Below, piece after piece: positions 26,801 through 37,251 of a DNA stretch of 64,000 bases. A program made the translations under genes and the position numbers. Each line of letters begins with the position of its first letter. Within the stretch, counting starts at the first letter, position 1. Location: contig JANJGN010000026.1 of assembly GCA_026770705.1 (NCBI GenBank), positions 7,254,001 to 7,318,000 of the forward strand, given 5' to 3'. The notes under the pieces were generated by a model, which made no database searches, was not told where the DNA came from, and saw only the letters and a program-made list of their open reading frames with translations. This DNA comes from Isurus oxyrinchus (lineage: Eukaryota).

Positions 26801-27930
26801 GACCCAGTGATCCAGGAATCTAAAACCCTCCCACCTGCACCAACCCTTAAGCCACGTATTCATCTGTGCTATTCTCCTATTTCTGAGCTCGCTAGCACGT
26901 GCCACTGGGAGTGATTCACAGATGACAACCCAAGAGGTCTTGCTTTTTGTCTGCTGCCTAACTCCCTGAATTCTTGATGCAAGACCTCATCCCTCTTTCT
27001 ACCTATGTCGCTGGTAACAACATGTCCCATGATCTCTGCCTTATTACTCTGACATTTCAGGATGCCCTGCAGCCTTTCAGTGACCTCCCTGGCCCTTGCA
27101 CCTGGGAGGCAACGCACCATCCTGGAGTCACATTGACGGCCACATTAGCGTGTATCTGTTCCCCTGACTATAGAATCCCCTATTACTATTGCTCTTCCTT
27201 CCCTCTTGTACAGATAGGCTGCTTGTGTGCCAGAAGCTTGGCTCCAACCACACTCCCTGGAGGAACCAGCACCCTCATCAGCCTCCAAAACACAATAGCA
27301 ATTTGCGAGCGGGGCCCCATGGGACTCCTGAGCTACCTGCCTTTTCTCTTGGACTGCCTGGTGGTGTCCCATTCCCTTCCTTCCTCAAGTCCCTTCATCT
27401 GCGGTATGACGACTTATTTGAATGTGGTAACCACGATGCTCTCAGACTCACGGATGCTCCACAGTGTCCCCAGCTGCTGTTCCAGCTCTGAAAGTCATGC
27501 TTCCAGCAGCTGCAGCTGGACACATTTCCTGCACACAGGCTGATCCTGGGCACTGGAAATATCCCCGCCTTCCAACAGGGAGCATTATGAGCACACCACA
27601 GCTTTGAGCGCTCCTGCCATGACTTATCCCTTTAAATTAAAACTTTTAAGTCAATTACTCTAGGGTCCTTCTTTCCTGATCCTCGTTTCTGTAAATATAC
27701 AAACTGTAAACCACAAAATACCTTAAACTATAAGCAATTAAAGTTGTAAATACCTTACCCACTCCTTACCAGTGATTCCTTTACCTTGTAGCCTCTCCTG
27801 CTGCAACATACTCTGAAGATTTAAGATGTTGGATAGCAAGGAAAAAATACAAAGAGAACCTCGTCTCCTGTGCACCTAATTCCCGCTTTGCGTGATATTC
27901 CGAATACCCACTCTGGCTGTGCCCCACTCA
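23808..27930 (-). mobile_element. Near full-length CR1 LINE with ORF1 (zinc finger + SGNH esterase) and ORF2 (APE endonuclease + RT), disrupted
   Basis: ORF1 starts at the ATG at 27620 (MAGALKAVVC..C...VCRKC) and contains IVIGDSIVRG, RCLPGAR and DSLHL. ORF2 contains LGDFNF, LLDLILGNE, QHGFVRGRSCLTN, YMDFSKAFDKVPH, GIPQGSVLG and KFADDTK, with stops and frameshifts. Confidence 0.95.
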
Positions 27931-28096
27931 GTATGTGCTCTATCTCTTGTTCGTGTGCAAGCACGCTGTAGAGTTATCTTCTTGTAGGTTTTGTATTTTT
28001 ATGGGGCTCTTGCTCTGTGTTTCTCTGCCTTTACCCTGTCTCTTATTCAGCTGGCTCTTGTCATGGATGGGTTGTCCCCGCCATACAGAGACAAAC

Positions 28097-31000
28097 AGCG
28101 GGATTTCCCAATGGTGGTGGGCATGACAGGTGGCGTGTGCAGAAAATATGCTGCAATCAGCATCACGGCAGCAAGAAGACACGTCGCGATCGTCCACTCA
28201 GCCCGAAGATGGCAGACCGCGTTTTCCATCGTCAGTCGGCCGGGCGCTCATTGTTATACATCAGCATATAATTAAAAGGCCAGTGTGCCCGGCCCTTGGG
28301 ACTGTGCCGGATCATCCACCCACGTTGGAAGCAAAGCACAGGGACGTATTTCACAACAGCACACAGGAGACATGTACTTGGCAGCCTTCATTTTGGGGGA
28401 TAAAAATAAGTGAGTGGCTCCGTTTTCAAGAGCTCCCCTGTTACTTACAGATCTCAGGGGCCACAGGGAGGGGCTGGGACAGGCGGAGGAAACTGATGTC
28501 TGGCCCCGGAGGCGATGGCTCAGGGGCCTGTGTTTCCGGGGGGAATGTGCTGGCCAGGCTCGGAAGTGACTGCTGACGAGATGGGGTGTGGGCCGCTGGG
28601 GGAGTGGAGGCGGGGGTGTGTCCGCGGTCAAGTGCTGGTCAGCCTGGGAGGCGGTTGCTGAGGAGAGAGGGGTCAAATGCTGTCCTGGCGTTGCAAACCT
28701 CGCCCAGGTAATTGAGCTGGAGGGCAGGGCATGTGAGGGGAGCGGCCTTGCATTAGAAATTGGCCATGCTTCCGCAACTGAGATCGATCAGGAGCAGCCA
28801 CAGTGACATGATTGAGGTAATGTTGATAGCCTGCAAGCATTGCAGAGGTAGCAAAGGACCACCAAGCGCTCCATACATTACCACCACCACCCCACCAACA
28901 CCCCCCCACCACCCACCCCACACCCACACCCAACCCAGCATAGATTTTGAGTCAGCCACCACTTTATTGCACCGTAGAGCAGTTGGACTGCACACGTTTT
29001 ACAATATCCTCGCCAATGCTGGCCATGTGGCAGTCACTCCTAGAGGCGCTTGCAGCCCCTTGCAATCTCAGCATCCTGGTTTGGGCCAGTGTATCCCATG
29101 GCACAGGTTAACTGGGCAGTCAGGCAGCACACTCATTGCTGACCTTCCGAGGGGTGACCAGCACTTTCTGGGAAGCGTTAAGAGACAGTCACACAGGGAC
29201 AGGAAAAGTGCTAATTACAATCATGAAAACCACGTCTCTCTTTTTCATGCTGCAGGAGGACCACGTCAGGGTCATGGATCCTGGTGACCTAGCTGTATGT
29301 ATACTGGCCAATAGAGACCATGGACAGCAGTGGGGAGAGCGCCTCAGAGTCTTGGCTGCGCAAAGGCAGGAGCAACAGCCTCAAGAAGAAAGGGAAGCAG
29401 GTGCTCCCGTATGCAATGCCCAGGAGCGAAGGTGAACCATGACCGGTTGTCGCCTAGCCCAGGGTGTTTGGATGCTGCGTGCCATTCCTGCAGCTGACTG
29501 AGAACCAGTGTCACCAACAATAGCAAATGTCTGGGGACCCGGTGGCTCACATTTGCCACTTATTGCACAACTTGGAACCAAGGGTTTATGGAGGGCATCA
29601 ACTGACAGTGACTGTGAAAGTGACCATGGCACTCAATGTCTATGCTAGTGGTCCGTTTCAGGGGTCCTCTGGTGACCCCTGTGGGATTTCAATATCCTCC
29701 ACTCAGAAATGCATCCATAAGGTGATGGATGCCAGCTTCTCCATGGCAACACAACTTTGTACATTTTGCCTGGACCGGGCAGATTGGATTTGGCATGATC
29801 TCAGGATTCCCACAGGTGCAGGGTGTTATTAACTGCACTCATGTGGTGCTCAGGTCTCCATCATTACACCCGGTGGACATCACCGACCACAAGGGCTTCC
29901 ACTCATTGAATGTGCAGCTCGTACGCGGCCACCAGAAACACGTCCTGCAGGTGTGCTCACAGCTTCCAGAGAGTGTGGACAACGCCCACTCCCTGAGTTG
30001 CTCTCAGATCCCTGAAGTCTTCCAGGGTCCACAGAGGCTGCAAGGTTGGCTCATTGGGGACAAGGTCTTCCCACAGAGCCTGTGGCTGATAATACCTGTG
30101 TGCTGGCCTCAGACCGCAGCAGACCGGCGCTATAATGAGGCTCATGCAGCAGCTCGCAACTTGGTGGAGCAGACCATTGGGATGCTGAAGATGCGGTTCC
30201 GGTGCCTGGGCTGGTCTGGTGCAGCCCTGAAATACAGTCCACAGAGGGTGTCACATATCATTTTCATCTGCTGCACCCTTTACAACCTGGTGCTCCAACG
30301 GGAGAGAGGAGCTGGCAGAGCAGTTGATGGAGGAGCTGCACGCCTCCAATGAAGAAGTCGCTGACATGGATGAGGATGAGGGGCATTACTGGTGAAGATG
30401 ACGAGGATGAGGCTTTCACAATGGCCATACGAGGCAGTCGCGCTGGGGAGGCCCTCATAGCTGGCAGATTTTTGGCCTATGATGACAACATGCAGTGAGG
30501 TGACCCCTTAGATCCTCACATCACAGTTGTTGAAGTTTGACTCGAGTCTGGTTTATGGCAGCAACAACGTCTGCGATAATGTTCCTGTCATGGAGCCAGT
30601 GTGGGCCCTAATACTTGCTCGATCGCAGGAGTACGATGACAACATGTAGTCAGGACACTCCTTAGGTCTTCACATAGCCTCTGAGAATGTCTGACTGCTG
30701 TCTGGCCGAGGGCAGCCCACTTGTGCTACAAGATCAGGGACATCTAGAGACGCAGCCATGGAAACTTATATGCATCTGAAGCTGTAAACACCTTCAGCAC
30801 CTCAGGCCTGCAGGGGCTGGTGCACTGTATCACTGGTAGCAGATGCTGTCGTGATGGGGGCCAGCCCCACTTAAAAGGTGCTGAGAACACACAGAGACAA
30901 TCAATGAATGCTGTTGTGCCAGCTCGCTACACTCTTGAAGCAATGACCAGCACCGTCGAGGGGCAGATATCAATAATGTTTCGAGGGAGTGTGAGGCTGG

Positions 31001-31700
31001 ACCATCATGGCAGGCTTAAGGCTGCACAGAGCACAGGGAAGAGACTCTGGACTGAGACACCTGCCTTTTACCTTGTGCAAAAAGGTTTCACAATAGAGTG
31101 ACGAGAACAGTGCTCATTAGAAAAGGAAGCCACAGGCAGGGAGGCATTCTTAGGAATTTATTGACAATAGTGAACAGTATGTAAAGGTGATCAACACCCG
31201 TGGCCGGGCTGTGAAACTACTTTTATCTAACTTTCCTAACCCTGCCATTCTGTCTTGGTGCTCCCCGGACATCCACAGCAGAGCTGGAGGCATCCTGCTG
31301 ACTATGGCACCCTGACTGTGATGACTTTGGCGGGCTTCCCCTGGAGTGCCAAGGCTTGGAGGGCCTGCTTTTAGGGTCCTGCTGTGCGGCAGTGGCACCC
31401 TCCTCAGCCTAAAAATCTGGAGCTGCAGTGTTCACAGGAAGAGTGGGTCTGGATAGGCCAGTCGCTCCCAGAGTCTGCTGGGTAGATGGCCCAGAATCTG
31501 CATCTGCTGACCCTCCTCCCTATGGGTGCCTGAGGGCCGTGAGCGGAAGGGGTAGCTGGAGGATGCTGGAGCTGCCCAGCACCACTCCCGCTTACAGACA
31601 GTTGGAGGCCAACTGTGGCTTCGGCAATGGGGTTATACCCCCACAGCAGTGCAGGAGGGATGTCCTGGACCATGTCCGTGACTGTTGCTAACCTCAAACA
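28097..31700. mobile_element. PIF/Harbinger DNA transposon, decayed and probably truncated on the right
   Basis: GC-rich island containing a HARBI1-like transposase (+). A convergent minus-strand Pro/Ser-rich frame (31150-31700) with AATAAA at 31157-31162 (minus) may be the end of the partner gene. Ends are approximate and no TIR pair was confirmed. Confidence 0.75.
29274..30498 (+). pseudogene. HARBI1-like DDE transposase, frameshifted
   Basis: VKVTMALNVYASGPFQ, GFPQVQGVINCTHV, KGFHSLNVQLV, GWLIGDK, YNEAHAAARNLVEQTIGMLKMRFRCL, CCTLYNL, and an acidic tail. The catalytic Asp positions are altered (IDCTH>INCTH). Confidence 0.9.
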
Positions 31701-32293
31701 TTGATTTAAGCAATGTCAGTTGCATTCCCTAATGTATTTAATTTTTTTTGGATCGACATGTTCCTTATCTCTTCGAGAGAGACATGTGTATTCCATTCTG
31801 ACACAAACAGTTCATTCGGATAACTTCAAGATATGTTTGCAACAAGTAAACTCTTTTAAAACTTGATATAATTTCCCCATGGCTCCACTACCTTGGATTC
31901 ATTCTATATTGTACCTTATTTCCAAATGCCCCACTTTACTGTCCGACAGAGCAGAGTAGCCAAAAAAGGAAGATTTTGCTTAACAATAAAGCTAGATGTT
32001 AGTTTTTTTTTCTGAGCTGGGTCTTGGCAATTAGCCTTATGTTGGTGATCAAATAATCTTACACAGCACAAACTTCCATTTTTGAAATAATCTATTTCAG
32101 TTTCAATTGTTTTATTTAATATAAAATAACAATAACGGGATCATACTGTACACCCAGTACGTTTCATTATGGGGCGTACCAGTGCCATGGGGAACATTTA
32201 ATGCCATCTGCTCATGTGCATGGGACTGGCAACAGCTTCACAATGTTGTTTTTTTTTTCAATTAGTGTAATTCGTGGAAAAGATGAAACCATT

Positions 32294-32375
32294 TAATTGT
32301 CTCCCTGGAGCGAGGCAACTAGTATAAATTCCATAATTTTCAATTGACTCCTTGGAGCCAGACACGAAATATAAA
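32294..32375 (+). promoter_or_regulatory. Putative promoter: duplicated 47-bp module of homeodomain-like site + O/E(EBF)-like site + TATAAA
   Basis: TAATTG 32294, TCCCTGGAG 32302, TATAAA 32323; then CAATTG 32341, TCCTTGGAG 32349, TATAAA 32370. The ATG is at 32426. Confidence 0.55.
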
Positions 32376-32425
32376 CGCGACAATATTCGATTTTAAAGGG
32401 AACACACTCCGAGCTTCATCTCGAG

Positions 32426-32495
32426 ATGCACGCCGCACCAAAAGGTCTTGCCTTTGCCATTTACTATCACTTACTAGCAGTTATTGCTGTTCCAG
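32426..32495 (+). CDS. GPR139-like class A GPCR, exon 1 (MHAAPKGLAFAIYYHLLAVIAVP+G)
   Basis: ATG, 70 nt, then a CAG|GTAACG donor. A phase-1 join restores VP-ANL in TM1. Homologous to 12106-12175. Missed by the ORF track. Confidence 0.88.
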
Positions 32496-32909
32496 GTAAC
32501 GTGTTTTGCATCGTTAGCAGTTTTTGGAATCATTGCTTCGCAGCACCACTGTTCTCACTTAATTGTAGTGTTAATCGCTGGTACTAATATCCCGCCTGTC
32601 TTTTAATGGGATAATTTCTCCCATTCAATGGGAAAATTGCTTAATTTTAATTAGGATAATTAATCCCTTTGCACAGTTTAATGGCATTAATTATCCATGT
32701 AAACAATATCATTTTACTGCTTATGGACATAATTGCCCGTCATTACAGGTGTGCTTTGGAACTGCAATGACGCCATTTCTCCCCTGTACAGGCATTTATT
32801 TTCAATTGACGATACAATTCCTCACCTTTAAAGGCTATATTATCTTCCATTTACCAGAAAAAATCCATTCTTTTTAATGTACACTTTCTAGCATTTAGCT
32901 CTACTACTA

Positions 32910-33050
32910 GATTTGACTGAGGTGGAGGATTGCATCCAGTTCTCGGCGCAGCCCTTTTGGAAAGCTGTGAAGTCATTGGGGTGAGTGCAGGAAAGATTCC
33001 AGGGAATAGTTTCGCGGATTAGGTCTTCAGTTCAGAGAAGAAATCCAACT
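32910..33050 (+). mobile_element. Small CR1 RT C-terminal remnant in the receptor intron
   Basis: Decayed equivalent of LEYCIQFW.P..RK.V..LE.VQ.RF. Confidence 0.5.
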
Positions 33051-33623
33051 AAGCCCCAGCAAGAATATATGAGATGCTCTATTTGGTGCTGAACTAACTT
33101 TGTTACGAATGCTTCAAATGGTTAAGAATCAGTAGTCCAGGTTGCTTTCATTTCCCATGCACCGGGCTTATTTCCATTTAAATAATATTATAATTGTCCC
33201 CATGTGAAGCAATTTGCACTTGTCTATACCGAATGCAATTTTCTGACTTTCCGTCCATCTGTTCGATATAATATGTTCCTTGACAATTTCCGGCAACTTG
33301 AACTGTCATTGTCTTTGTACATTTCAACACATCGAATCGGAGAATGATAGATTCGATTTCTCATAACTGAGTTGCAAGTTCACAAAGTTGCAAGTTCAAT
33401 TATAAAGTAGATCCTGTAGTCTTCCTGACAGTACTGTGCAGTATAGAGAAAGGCGTGCAACTTAGAAGTGAACTTAATCCAGTGGCACATAAGGCCATCA
33501 AGCAGAAATGTTCTTCTTTCTCTCTGTGTAACTATTGCTAAGTGAATGTTTCCCACATTTTCGGTTGTACCACAAAGTCCATTCATTGCTTATTCACTCG
33601 CTGTGTTTCTCTGTGTTCCACAG

Positions 33624-34531
33624 CTAATTTGGCAGTGATCGTGATCCTATCTCAAGGACGATGCGGTCTCTCCAAATGTATTACTTATTACCTGGTATCC
33701 ATGGCTATGACGGATCTCCTTGTAATTATGACCTCTGTGATATTAAACCGGATTGTTAGTATGTATTTCCCATTTAGCTTCCTGTCCATCACTCCTGTAT
33801 GTAGCCTTAGTTTTGTACTAATTTATGGAATCAGAGATTGTTCTGTGGGTGTAACTGTTGCATTCACCTTTGATAGATTTTTAGCTATTTGCTGCCCGAA
33901 ACTGAAAAATAAATTTTGCAACGAGAAAGTAGCTGCCCTGGTTATAGGCTCTGCTTGTGTTTTTGGCTGTGTGAGAAATATTCCATGGTACTTTGTTTAT
34001 GAGCCTATTTTTATAATTAACAATGTACCCTGTTTCTGCAATGTAAAATTAATATTTTATACATCACCACTATGGGCCGCATTTGATTGGATTCTCGCCA
34101 TTTTAACCCCGTGGCTTCCGTTAGTTGTTATTCTGTTGCTCAATGCTCTGACGGTCAGACACATTCTCCATGTAAATAGAGCCCGCAGGAGACTCCGGGC
34201 CCAGAACAATGGAGAGGGTCAAAGTGACCCAGAAATGGAGAGGCGGAAAAAATCCATTGTTTTACTCTTCACCATCTCGGGCAGTTTCATCCTATTGTAT
34301 TTGTTATATTTTATAAATGTCCTTTATGTCCGCATTGCAAATATTACTTATTTCTCAGGTTCAGGCTCCAGTCAATCAACATTTCTTCTGGAGGAAAGTG
34401 GATACATGCTTCAGTTCTTGAGTTCCTGTATAAACCCGTTTATATACGCAGGGACCCAGAGTAAGTTCAGAGATGAGTTAAAGAATGGAGTGAAATATCC
34501 ACTGAGGCTATTTGCTGCAACATTTAAATGA
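33624..34531 (+). CDS. GPR139-like class A GPCR, exon 2 (spliced protein 325 aa, intact)
   Basis: Pyrimidine tract plus CAG acceptor ending at 33623. Hydrophobic TM segments with AMTDLL (TM2), FTFDRFLAIC (TM3), LLNALTVRHI (TM5) and CINPFIY (TM7). AATAAA at 34614. Confidence 0.95.
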
Positions 34532-34884
34532 TGAAAATGTAATAATCTGTACGTTACTTTCCTGTATTTTAACATGGAAACATCCAAACATGTTGTTAAT
34601 AATTGGCATTTAAAATAAACAGTGGTTTTCAACTCAAGGGCAACATCACAATCTAATGAGCACTTCTGATTTTCCATCCTAATGTTCCATGTTCCTCTAA
34701 TCCTGGCTGGTTACATTCCGGAACTGAAGGAACCTTCTGCTTGTGTCAGCATCCAGCACTTTCGGAGTGAGCAGCCTCTGGGCTAAAGGTTGAGTAATTC
34801 TATTCACTGTTCGCAGCGTTCCTCAGTTCCTGCCTGGCTTTACCCCCGGCTCTGAGCAACACAGGAGCACCAGGGCCGAAGGGA

Positions 34885-36560
34885 TAAGCACAGAATCATA
34901 CGTCACTGTGAGGCTGCTGAGCCTTTCGATACGATCATGGCTGATCTTGGACTCCATGACCACTTTTTTGCCCGCTCCCCAGGTCCCTTGATTCACGGAG
35001 AGGATAGGCATTCTCCATGGTTGTCATAAATACATTCAACGATCCAACACTGCCATAACTCTGTGATAGAGATTTACGATCTTTCACAAAACTTTGAGTG
35101 AAGAAAATTCCCCTCAAATTAGATCGATCCAGACATTCCCAGTGGACCTTCGTCGCACATAAATCCTTCTTTAAAGATAGGGGCGAAAATTTCACAAAAT
35201 ATTCCAGGTGTAGTGTCACCAGGCCCATGTGCAATTTTAGCAAGGCTTCCTTCTTCCCAGGTCATTAACCCGCTTGCATTTAATGCTAACATTCTTAAAA
35301 ATGTCCGAAGAATTTTGTCAAGCACGATTCCGTTTGGTAAAGCCATGCTGACTTATGATATTCATCCTAGACTTTTTCAAAGCGCATTGTTTAAGACTTG
35401 CTTAATACCAGATTCCAGCTCCTTCCCGATGATGAACAAAAGGCTCAGTGGCCTGTCACTCCATGGTATCAACATCCTCCACACCACCCTCTTAATTAAA
35501 TAACACGGTTACATTTGCGGAGTCCCAATCTGTAGTGAGCGGTCCAGACTCTAAGGAATTTTAGGAAATTATACCCATCCGATCAGCTATCACTGCTGCT
35601 AGTTGTCATTTTTAGAACCAGAGGGTATAGGTCACGGGTTCCTGGTGATCTTCTGGCTATATTAACTTGAGTTTCTCCATTCATTGTTTCATTGCTGAAG
35701 ATTAATTACCGTAATTTCCTCTCGCCTTCAGCCCTTAGATCATCCTTTGTTTCTTGTTTGTAGCTGATTACTTTTCCTGTGAAAACAGGCACAATTAATT
35801 TCTTCAATATTTTGATATTTCCTTATTCCTCGTCATACTTTCTCCTCTCTTCTTCAAAGTGGCAGGCGTTTACTTTTGCTTCTCACATGTATTTCTGACC
35901 ATCTATGTATCTATGTATCCATATTTGTATACATCCATCCATCTATCTATCTATCTTTCTACCGATCTATCTACCTGCCTATCTATCTATCTATCTGTCT
36001 CTCTGTCTGCATGTCTGTCTATATATATGTATCTATCTGCCTATCTATGCAACTACCTATCTGTCTATTTCTCTATCTATCTGTATATATAATAATTATA
36101 ATATTCCATCGGTGCATTTTAATTAATTAAATGCATTTATTTTGAATATTATTAATTGATTATTAAGAACATTCCCACAGTTTATTTATCACGATACCAT
36201 TTACTCTAATTATGCAATCAACCGCCTTTCCCCTCACAGCTACTTAACTGGTTATGATTAAGTTTACGAAATATTGTTGGGGTTGCATTATGTCTTTTTC
36301 AAATTTTACATGAAATTCAATTATATTGTGATGACTATTTCCCACTGCATGGTTACCATGACGTTACTAATTAACCCTGCCTTATTGCACCAGGCCAGAT
36401 GGAAAACAGCTTTACCCCGAGTTGCATCATGGACATGTAGTTCCAGTAAACTGTCAATAAAACATTTTACAAAATCATCATGGAGACCGATTTTGAGAAG
36501 AAGATTTTGAACACCTCTATCAAATCTCCTCCCTACATTCTCTTCCCCATGATGAACAGT
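34885..36560 (-). mobile_element. Degenerate, internally deleted CR1 LINE
   Basis: CR1 tail at ~34890-35120, L...HLEY.VKF motif (34935-35243), and endonuclease remnant EATRG.A...L-like (36321-36578). Confidence 0.7.
35900..36090. repeat. Imperfect (TATC)n microsatellite
   Basis: atctatctatctatct... runs with variants. Confidence 0.95.
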
Positions 36561-37251
36561 CTCAAATGCTGCATCCATCTACAGAATTAAATTTCCTCAT
36601 CCCTGGAACTATTCCCATGATTCATTTTTTTCTTCACCCAGTCGAATGTCATTGCGTCCAATTCAATTTCTGCTCAATTGTAAGGCTTAATGGTGGTGAT
36701 TGGGGTTGTGGTGCTTCTGGGAAAACGTCATCAAATGTGAAGGAGACTAGTTTGTCTATCTTGTTGTGGATGAGCAGTTGCAGGACAGTTTATGATTTGA
36801 GTAGAACTTGCCAAACCCCAACTCAAGCCCTATTTGTCGGGGATCTGCTGTGTGTGGATGTAAACTATCTAAAATTCTAAACAATAGTAAATGGTACTTC
36901 ACATGGTACAAGCATCAGGAGACTTGTCCGTTTCTGGCCTCATTGAAGTAACTGATGTAACAGCTGAAGGTGGTTGGATCCAGGGCCCTTCTCTGAGCAA
37001 CTAGTTCAGCAATGTCCTTGGAATGAGCTGGTTAGAGTACCTCACATGAATCATATTTCATTGCGTCAGGTATGATTTTAGCCACAAGGGGCATATCCAC
37101 TAGACACACTGCCTGCAGATTTAGCAGGGCTACTTTGGAGAACCTTTAGTTTAACACTGTCTTAACGTAAATCGTTGTTATAAGGAGCAGGGTAGCTCTG
37201 AATGACGTCAAATTGAATATAGGTGATTGTTGTATAATTGTCATTTTTCAT

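Noticed and set aside
26974-27543. 189-aa plus-strand ORF and other short ORFs in 2500-40000
   Set aside because: They are antisense or off-frame to recognisable LINE or transposon sequence, with no independent protein motifs.
29274-30498. Host gene HARBI1
   Set aside because: Frameshifts, altered catalytic residues and a transposon-like context indicate a dead Harbinger copy.
33542-33623. N-terminus MNVSHIFGC... of the 329-aa ORF as the receptor start
   Set aside because: It begins at GTG in intron sequence ending in a pyrimidine tract and CAG. Exon 1 at 32426 supplies the missing half of TM1 and is conserved in the paralogue.
35859-36130. Tyr/Leu/Ser/Ile-rich ORFs
   Set aside because: Translations of the (TATC)n microsatellite.
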